Below are positions 9,221 through 17,318 of a DNA stretch of 17,318 nucleotides, piece by piece (position 1 is the first letter of the stretch; each line of letters begins with the position of its first letter). Below the pieces are notes generated by a model that was not told where the DNA came from, made no database searches, and was given only the letters and a program-made list of their open reading frames with translations. The position numbers and the translations under genes were made by a program. The stretch is from Paraspadella gotoi (Eukaryota; Animalia; Chaetognatha), in assembly GCA_051294375.1 (NCBI GenBank), contig CM119263.1, positions 3,476,076-3,493,393 of the forward strand, in the 5' to 3' direction.

Positions 9221-11346
9221 AGGAGTTATGGCGACACTAGATTTTTCCGCTTTCAATCCTTCTCTTCAAGCAAAAATCCTTTTTGGTTGAGAGAGAATTT
9301 TCTAGAGACGTGCGACGACCTTTGGTGGAGTCAGGCGTTGCTCGGCGTCATCGTCGTTTCGTCGTCGTCATTGTCATTCGGCCTTTTTCCATTAATTTTC
9401 CCTTTTGTTTCTTGTCTTTTATGTAATTGTAACAGATGTCGTTTAAAGTTATTTCTCGACGACGAATCATTTTTGTCTTTGTCGCCACCTTAATTGTCTA
9501 TCGTCGTCGTCATATTCTTTACGGTTCATTACATTATTCGTCGCGTCGTGTCGTTCGTCATCTCTCACCACCCTCTTCACACTCACAATTATCGTGAACG
9601 CCAATTCACTTCAATTTTCCACTCGAGCGCAACCTACGCTGCGCCGGCGGCCGATCGGACGTTTCGTCTTGCGGTCTGTCTGTCCGTCCGTACGGCGCAG
9701 GAAGACGTCTTTGTTTGTCGTCCGTGTCGTCGTCGGTCGTCGTCATCATCGTCTCGTCGTCCAAGCCGCATCTACAATTAGATCAAAGCCCATTTAAGCG
9801 CCGACTCCGTATGTTATTGACCGTTACATAAAATCCACTCCGGAGGACGAATGATTAAACGGAGACATCGTAACCGGACGGGACGACGAACGACCGACGA
9901 CGACGACGACGACGAAGACGACGTTGATAACGAATTATAATCTCGATTTAACGAAGTTTTCGTTTGTTGAGGCTTGGGGCCGTGGGGAAGTTTTAGTTGG
10001 TGAAAAAGAAGTGGAGAGGGTAGAAAGTGAGAGTGAGTTCGGTCACGGGTGTGTTGAAAAGTATTTGCAATTGCAATGGGATAATTGCAGAATGATGGTC
10101 AATTTTACTGTGACGCAGTTTTATCATTCAATCTTTGATGATGAAAACGTGACGATGGCGATTACCATGAATGACAAAATGACGATACAGACGAATAATC
10201 ATATTGAAGAAGACGATGACAGGTGACGACGAAAGCGACGATTTGACAACGAAGACAGACGACGGTCCTAATGGACGAAATTCCCGCCAAAAATCATTTC
10301 TCTCTCCGCGTGAAACGAGCAAGCAGATCTGGACGATGTCAACATTTCTCACGAGTTTTGAATTTTTTGTTTTTGTTTTTTCCTTCGTGTTATTTTTCTT
10401 TTTTTTAACTTCTAGATATTATCTTATTGTTTTGTCTTTTTTTATCAACTTTTGTTTATCCAGACTCGTGGCCATTCTGCGCGTTTCGTCCTGAGCGAGC
10501 GCCCTGGCGGCAGATGGGAAAACTGCGACGAGTGGAGAGAGGAAGCCGAAAGAAAGACGAGAAGAGAGAGAGGAGAGGAGAGAGAGAGAGGAGAGGAGAG
10601 AGGAGAGAGAGGGAGGAGAGAGAGAGAGGAGAGAGCGAGCACATTAACAGGACTCCATGATCCTTAGGCTTCAAGAAACCACGCAAGGTGACGGAAGAAG
10701 AATCCTCCGCACAAATATCTCTGAAATGAGGGGGAATTCCTTTGCGGCACCTGATCCGCCGACGCCGACGCCCGACCGCCGACGCCCCGGCGCCCAGAGC
10801 CGCGCCGAGCCCGACAACGAAACCGACGACCGACAACAGGACGCCTGACGCACTATCTCTTCAATTTCAAAACGCTAGGGAAGGGGAAAATAAATTCGTG
10901 AAAACTTAGAAAAATAGAAAATGGAGGACATAAAATTGAGAAAGCGAAGAGACAAAGAAAAAATCGAGAAAGAAATTAAAATTTTGAGAGATTTGTCGGG
11001 AGAAAACTGGAATTTGAGTCGAGGGTGGCGCGGGTGGGCGCCCGGCATGGAACCATACTTTAAGCGGCGACTCTTTTTATCCGCACCTGCCTGGACATCG
11101 CCATCGTGGCTCTCTCTCTCTCTCTCTCTCTCTCCTCCTCTCTCTTCTCTCTCTCTCTCTCTCTCTCTTCTCTCTGTCTTCTCGCTCTCTCTCACTCTCT
11201 CTTCTCTACTTTCTCTCTCTCTGTCTCTCTGACGACCCGTGGGAATTCCTTCTTTCTCCAGGTCAGCGACGCCGAACGAAAAAGAAAGATGAAACGAGCA
11301 AGATGAGATGAGAAGATGAGATGAGATCAAAGATTCAACTCAAGAT

Positions 11347-12406
11347 GCGATGGCCTATACTCAGAAGCCTCGATTCCGCGCAAGCCTCGGGAGCAGCCGC
11401 GCGGGCCCGCCACATTCGGCTTCTCCCTGCCTTCGACTTACTTCGCTCGCTATTCTTACTCCTCTTCCTCTTCCATTCTCCTTATTCTCCCGGGATCCGC
11501 GCCGGCTGCAAATTCCGATCCGATCGGAGCTGCGGCGCGAAACTTATCTTCTTCTCTCTCTCTTACCTCGTCACCACCGAGGCTCTTCTCTCTGCGAATC
11601 ATGGGTTCGCCGCGGATCCGTGAGTCTCTTTTTAAAGAGAAAATATAAATCTATTGATTAGGTCATTTCACGTGTTGAAAAAAGGAAGAAAAAAAAAGAA
11701 AAGACAGAAAAACGAGCACAGGAAAGAAAGAAGAAAAAAAAAGGAAAAAAATATTAACAAATTTAATATTTTTTTATATTAAGATTTTAGCTTAAAATAA
11801 TAATATTAATAAAAAAGATAACATCTAACAATAATGATAATATGCTGAAAAAATGGAAAAAGATAAAAAAGAAATCGCTCCAAATGAAGATACTTGAATA
11901 CTGCTACCCAAAAGAAACTATAAGAAGTGGTTTCTTTTGATATTACCATTGAGGGAGTCAAAAAATAAATAACTAAAATTTTTATCACAAATTAGTTATT
12001 TAAATAAAATATTCAAGGTAATTAAATAATATTTGATGATAAATTAAAGAGGAGGGGAATGACAAATAATACTATAAAAGAAAAAACAAAAGTATAGAAA
12101 GAGAGAGACGACAAGAGCAACAGATGAGAGTAAGAGAGAGATGAGGAGAGAGAGAGAGAAGAGAGGAGAGACGATGAGAGACGAGAGAGACGAGAAGAGA
12201 GGAGAGAGAGGAGGAGAGGAGAGAGAAATCCGGGTCCCCTTATCCGCTCGGACATACGACCGGAAGAAGCCCGACTTCACCATTGAGAGAGGGAAGAAGA
12301 AGAAGAGCGGAGAAAGCCCGGAAGGAGAAGTGTAGTCGATCGGGAAAGGCCGCTGCGCCCGCGCGCTCCGGTCTACGGCTGCGTTCGGGGAGAGTGGTAT
12401 ATGACT
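11347..12406. mobile_element. Candidate non-autonomous foldback/MITE-like insertion (~1.06 kb) with 8-bp flanking direct repeat
   Basis: Absent from copy A, where CAACTCAAGATGAATTCGTCG (~4334-4354) is contiguous. In B, CTCAAGAT occurs at 11339-11346 and again at 12407-12414, followed by TAATTCGTCG. The GC-rich ends share collinear inverted anchors (CGCGCGGGC 11398 / GCCCGCGCG 12357; TCGACT 11433 / AGTCGA 12334; TCCGATCGGA 11519 / TCCGCTCGGA 12243). The core at ~11630-12100 is AT-rich. No transposase ORF and no clean terminal TIR. Confidence 0.55.
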
Positions 12407-13790
12407 CTCAAGATTAATTCGTCGCGATCGTCGTCGTCGCGTCGTCCCCTCTCGCTCTCGTTTACCCATTAAGTGTCTCCTCATGTCTTCATTTTCCCTT
12501 GTCCCGTCCGTCGGACCGTTTTTCTTGTTCTGCCGAGTTGTTTCTTTATTTCTTCTTCTTTTTTCTTTTTTTTTTTTTCGCCCCGCGCCAGCTGTCTTTT
12601 CCTTTATTTCTTTTTTTTCCTATTTTTTTTCCCCTTTTTTCCTTTTTTTTTATTTTTTTTTTCTTTTTTTTTTTCCCTTTCTCTCTTTCTCTCTCTCTCT
12701 CCTTTCCTTCCTCTTCTCTCTCTCTCTCGTCTCTCTCTTCTCTCTCTCTCTCTCTCTTCCTCTCTCCCTCTCTCTTTTCTCTCTCTCTCTCTCCTCCAAG
12801 ATTGATTTTCCTCATTTCGATCTCCGATCTTCAGCGACGGAAGTGACGCCACGGAAGACGAAGCGTCAGGCTGGGGTGGCTGAATTCCAAAAGTGGCGGC
12901 TTAAGACGGGCGATGATCGCTGCCGGAGGCGGGGAGTGAGGGTAGGGAACGAACACAACATTGATAGAGAATATACAATGTTTAGTTAACATATAAAACT
13001 ATGGAAGTTTAAGTCAATAGTATGCAAAAATAATAAAAAGCAGAGTCCCACAAAATTGTGAATTCCACTTCACCGGGTTTTAGTGAACTTTTGGGGTATC
13101 TTTTGAAGAGATTGAACGACATTTTACTTTTTTTCACTGAAAACGTGAATAAAAGAAAGACGCAGAATATGAAATAAAGATAGCGCTGATAATGAGGGAG
13201 GAAGAGGAGGCGAAGGACGAGAGGAGGAGGAGAAACGTTACTAAACGTCTTTTACGATTGACGGATACATGCAATAATAGTATTTTAAGAGGAGAGAGTG
13301 ATGGAGATGAGAGGAGAGAGACGAGAGGAGAGCAGAAGAGGAGGGAGAAGCAGAGGAGAGAGATCGATGCCGAGAGGATGAGGATCAAGCGGGAGGATGA
13401 GAACAGAGGAGATAAAAACAAAAACGAGAAATAAGAATAAGATAAAAATGAGGGAAAAAAAAAAGGAAAAGAAAAAGAAAGAAAGAAAAAGAAAAGAAAA
13501 GCGGCCGGCCCGCTGCGGTCCCGGGGAATAAGACGTTAGCAGAATCATCTTAACAACTCGCGGGTGCGTTTAAAGAAGCGTGGACAGGTCTCTCTGCCTC
13601 TTGCTCTTCTCTCTCTCTCTCGCTCATCCTCTCTCTTCTCTCCTCTCTCTCTCTCTCAAGACACTGGACGCGCGATAAAAGAGGAATACTTATTAGCTTT
13701 ACGGCCGCGGGGATAAGGAGGCGTCGTCGAGGCTGGGGGCTGTTTAAGGCCGGGTGGGCGGGAGCGTATAAATTTGGGCGGGCGGTGGCG

Positions 13791-13815
13791 NNNNNNNNNN
13801 NNNNNNNNNNNNNNN
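13791..13815. other. Fixed-length 25-N assembly gap
   Basis: Exactly 25 Ns, the same length as the gap at 15389-15413. All other gaps are long and variable. Confidence 0.9.
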
Positions 13816-13891
13816 AGCCGGTCGGGGTTCCCGGTGCCGAGAGAACCCAAGTGGCTATTAACATAAGTGAGATCCGGGGAGGGAAGAGCGA

Positions 13892-13933
13892 TCAAAATGG
13901 CGGCGAAAAGGGATGTAATTCGCGCCATTTTGA
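13892..13933. other. Stem-loop / inverted pair of YY1-like motifs
   Basis: TCAAAATGGCG (13892-13902) is the exact reverse complement of CGCCATTTTGA (13923-13933). The stem extends inward via GCGAA/TTCGC with one bulged base, and the loop is ~11 nt. Confidence 0.7.
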
Positions 13934-14200
13934 NNNNNNNNNNNNNNNNNNNNNNNNNNNNNNNNNNNNNNNNNNNNNNNNNNNNNNNNNNNNNNNNNNN
14001 NNNNNNNNNNNNNNNNNNNNNNNNNNNNNNNNNNNNNNNNNNNNNNNNNNNNNNNNNNNNNNNNNNNNNNNNNNNNNNNNNNNNNNNNNNNNNNNNNNNN
14101 NNNNNNNNNNNNNNNNNNNNNNNNNNNNNNNNNNNNNNNNNNNNNNNNNNNNNNNNNNNNNNNNNNNNNNNNNNNNNNNNNNNNNNNNNNNNNNNNNNNN

Positions 14201-14236
<36 letters not shown>

Positions 14237-14580
14237 AATACAGAAGCACGAACTGAAACTTGGAAGAAAACGTTAGACAGAGAGAAGGGAAAAGTCTGAG
14301 AGGTGAGAAGGTTGGAGAACCAAATCTGAAAAAGGAAACAAGATTAGGAACGGAGGAAGGAAAGCAAAGAAGGAAAGAAAAATAGAGGAAAGAAATGGAA
14401 GAAAAGGAAAAAAAGAAAAGAAAATGGAGGAAAGAAAAAAACAAGAGGAAATTGGAGGAAGGAAAAAAAGGAGAGGAAAATAGAGAAAGGAAATAAAAAC
14501 AGAGGAAAAAAGGAAAAAGGAAAGGAAAATAGCGGAAAATGAGAGAAAGAGGAAAGTGGAGGAACGAAAGCGAAAAGTAA
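14201..14580 (+). repeat. (GA)n plus GGAAA-rich polypurine low-complexity tract
   Basis: AG run at 14201-14233. The stretch 14350-14570 is almost entirely A/G with recurring GGAAA/GAGGAAA. Confidence 0.85.
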
Positions 14581-14986
14581 AATACGTGAACGGGACGNNN
14601 NNNNNNNNNNNNNNNNNNNNNNNNNNNNNNNNNNNNNNNNNNNNNNNNNNNNNNNNNNNNNNNNNNNNNNNNNNNNNNNNNNNNNNNNNNNNNNNNNNNN
14701 NNNNNNNNNNNNNNNNNNNNNNNNNNNNNNNNNNNNNNNNNNNNNNNNNNNNNNNNNNNNNNNNNNNNNNNNNNNNNNNNNNNNNNNNNNNNNNNNNNNN
14801 NNNNNNNNNNNNNNNNNNNNNNNNNNNNNNNNNNNNNNNNNNNNNNNNNNNNNNNNNNNNNNNNNNNNNNNNNNNNNNNNNNNNNNNNNNNNNNNNNNNN
14901 NNNNNNNNNNNNNNNNNNNNNNNNNNNNNNNNNNNNNNNNNNNNNNNNNNNNNNNNNNNNNNNNNNNNNNNNNNNNNNNNNNNNNN

Positions 14987-15068
14987 CTCCTCCTCCTCCT
15001 CCTCCTCTTCCTCCTCCTACTAAATCTCGAGTAACAACCCATATCAAATACTCAAACAGTTTTCGGCC

Positions 15069-15109
<41 letters not shown>

Positions 15110-15125
15110 CTGAGAGAGAGAGAGA
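14987..15125 (+). repeat. (CCT)n and (GA)n microsatellites
   Basis: CTC/CCT run at 14987-15018 and GA run at 15071-15125. Confidence 0.95.
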
Positions 15126-15388
15126 AAAAAAAATCCTAAATCCCGAGGTCCAGAATTTCACCTCAACTCACAATTTGTCACAATATCTTTCTTCAAAAAC
15201 ATTTGGTCTTCAACTGTTCGTGAAGAATCAACGTTTCTTTGTCGCTTGACTTCCTTGATTATTTTCTCCTTTACTTAATCCTACAACCCACGTCTCTCTC
15301 TCGCTATTTCTTTTTCTCTTTCTCCCTCTTTCTCTATCTCTCTCTGTCTCTCATTTAACCAGACCCATCGGGCCCATCCTCATCCCAT

Positions 15389-15413
15389 NNNNNNNNNNNN
15401 NNNNNNNNNNNNN
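15389..15413. other. Fixed-length 25-N assembly gap
   Basis: Exactly 25 Ns. Confidence 0.9.
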
Positions 15414-16128
15414 GATCGTCCCGAAATCGCGTTTCGCAGCAAGCCGACGGCGCGTGAAGTGGGCAGTGAAAGTGAAACGCGTTTAGGGATCATTTCGTGA
15501 GATGAAAAGAGGGGGTGAGTGGGTAAGCGTTGTGATAGAGGTTGGGTGAAGGCAGTGACAAGGGAGTTTACGGAGAAGGTCGCTCAAGTGACCATTCAAG
15601 ACGCGAAAAATTCGAATTGAATACTGAAAGTTTATGTCAGAAAATCTTGAAAGAAAGATGAAGATCCAGGCAAGTCGAACGAGACAAGCTCTCTCTGCCC
15701 TCTCTCTCTCTCAACTCCGTCTCTCTCTGATCTCGTCTCTCTCGGTCTCGTCTCTCTTCTTCTCTCTCTTCTCTCTGTCTCGGTTCGGCCTTCTCTCGGA
15801 TCTCTCTTCTCTCTCTCGAATCTCCCTCCCGTTACCCTTCTGCTAACCGCTGCTATCTCGGATGAGACGTTCTGGTACTGTGAGCTAGGTATCTCTGTAT
15901 TGATGGAGAATAAATACCGCGACGATCATGTTGTGCCTTCGTACTGAATATCATACATAGACATCGGGCAGCTAGCCGCTGCCGACCGAGGCTATTCGAG
16001 TTGTGATACAGTGAAGGTGTGCAGCGCGCGCTCTAATGGCGTGGAAGGGGACGTAATTCAGGGTAGCAATTAGTTAGTCGGAGGTGAGTCACCGTCGGCG
16101 CCGGCAAAGACTTTTCCCGCGCCGGCCT

Positions 16129-16279
16129 GCGGTGCCGGGCGGCGGCGGCCGAGTCTTAACGCGTTGCTACCATAATATTTATCAGCCAGGACTAACGAGG
16201 AAGCGTAAGTAAAGAGAAGAGAATAAAAGAATTCTTTGTTTTTTGATACTGCGTGAGGGAAAACGAGAGGCGGAGAGAT

Positions 16280-16347
<68 letters not shown>

Positions 16348-16598
16348 TGAAGAGGAGAGAGAGAGAAAGAAGGACAAGGAAAAATAAAAAAATAAATAGT
16401 GAAAAAATAGTTTTGTCAAAAAAAATATGGAAAGTTGTAAAACTAAGATAAGGTAAACAATATAAATAGAAGCAATGAAATTTAAGCAGAAACTTCTTGA
16501 ATTAAAAAAACGAAAAACGAAGGAGAACCAAGAAAAAGAAGAAAGAACTAGAAAAAATAAAGTCTGATGAGCTTCACTTCTGGGAAAGAGAGAAATGA
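16129..16598 (+). repeat. Left arm of a large inverted repeat
   Basis: Exact reverse-complement anchors: CTACCATAATATTTATC 16167-16183 vs 17265-17281; GCCAGGACTAACGAGGAA 16185-16202 vs 17247-17264; AAACGAAGGAGAACCAAGAAAA 16515-16536 vs 16902-16923; CACTTCTGGGAAA ~16575 vs TTTCCCAGAAGTG ~16850. Confidence 0.93.
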
Positions 16599-16697
16599 GT
16601 ATTTCGGTTGCGAGATTCAAGAGTGTGAACGTGAGGGAAAGTATTACGAACAGGGAAGAATAGCGGGGGATGGGAAGACTGAGAGAGAGAGAAGAGG

Positions 16698-16742
<45 letters not shown>

Positions 16743-16840
16743 AGAGAGAGAGGTAAGAGAGAGAGAGAAAGGAGTTGTGTTTTGAGTAAACAAACAAGGG
16801 AGATTGGGTGTAAAAGAGAGTTGGAGAAATTGGCTATGTA

Positions 16841-17318
16841 TCATTCTCTTTTCCCAGAAGTGAGCGTCATCAGATTTAATTATTTTCTATTTTTCTTCTT
16901 CTTTTCTTGGTTCTCCTTCGTTTCTGTTAATTTTATTGTCTATTATAATTGTTTACTTTACTTAAGTTTTAACTTTCCATAGTTTTTTAATGACNNNNNN
17001 NNNNNNNNNNNNNNNNNNNNNNNNNNNNNNNNNNNNNNNNNNNNNNNNNNNNNNNNNNNNNNNNNNNNNNNNNNNNNNNNNNNNNNNNNNNNNNNNNNNN
17101 NNNNNNNNNNNNNNNNNNNNNNNNNNNNNNNNNNNNNNNNNNNNNNNNNNNNNNNNNNNNNNNNNNNNNNNNNNNNNNNNNNNNNNNNNNNNNNNNNNNN
17201 NNNNNNNNAAAAAAAAGAATTCTTTTATTCTCTTCTCTTATTACGATTCCTCGTTAGTCCTGGCGATAAATATTATGGTAGAACGCGTTAAAGACGTCGG
17301 CGCCGCCGCCGGCACCGC
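16841..17318 (-). repeat. Right arm of a large inverted repeat (runs to the window edge)
   Basis: Reverse complement of 16129-16598. The N gap at 16995-17208 lies where the mirror of the GA tract at ~16270-16370 is expected. Confidence 0.93.

Larger units (their letters stand above)
7143..13585 (+). repeat. Copy B of the direct duplication (gap-free, indel-rich)
   Basis: Same blocks in the same order as 1-5336. The offset is ~7.0-7.3 kb until 11346 and ~8.1-8.25 kb after the B-only insertion. Differences are mostly single-base indels, and B supplies GA/TC-rich sequence where A has Ns. Confidence 0.95.

Noticed and set aside
1-13585. Tandem gene array such as rDNA, histone, 5S or snRNA units
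   Set aside because: I recognise no rRNA, histone, snRNA or tRNA sequence in the unit, including in the gap-free copy B.
13656-15161. Longest ORF (501 aa, minus strand) and other ORFs containing X runs
   Set aside because: They stay open only because of N gaps and stop-poor polypyrimidine tracts, and have no protein-like content.
15071-15830. Possible further palindrome centred on the 15389-15413 gap
   Set aside because: The GA and TC tracts are symmetric, but the unique sequence gives only a few short, low-complexity matches (e.g. ATCTTTTCTTCAA-like), which is insufficient.
5077-16844. Numerous ER/RE-rich and SL/LS/F-rich ORFs resembling coiled-coil or membrane proteins
   Set aside because: Direct translations of (GA/TC)n and poly-A/T tracts, open in several overlapping frames and not conserved in frame between copies A and B.

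Overview
This is a draft-quality, eukaryote-like, microsatellite-rich scaffold segment with (GA/TC)n, (GAC/GTC)n and poly-A/T tracts and many N gaps. I recognise no intact protein-coding gene, rRNA, tRNA or CRISPR array, and nearly all listed ORFs are translations of microsatellites or N runs. The organisation is dominated by repeats. (1) A direct duplication: copy A at ~1-5336 (gapped) and copy B at ~7143-13585 (ungapped but indel-noisy). It looks like a long-read gap-fill or haplotype artefact, though a real segmental duplication is not excluded. (2) A ~1.06 kb insertion found only in copy B (11347-12406), flanked by an 8-bp direct repeat CTCAAGAT, with degenerate inverted ends and an AT-rich core (candidate foldback/MITE-like element). 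(3) A clear large inverted repeat at the window end (16129-16598 vs 16841-17318, ~240 bp spacer). (4) A degenerate mirror-symmetric region centred at ~2810 whose right half reads as a stop-interrupted ORF with an acidic tail. (5) A ~25-bp minisatellite at ~5940-6100. (6) CpG-rich islands with CCAAT, E2F-like, E-box and YY1-like motifs. I cannot support a claim of a new biological system. The best leads are the polymorphic foldback insertion and the recurrent palindromic architecture, and both need raw-read validation. All alignments were done by eye.
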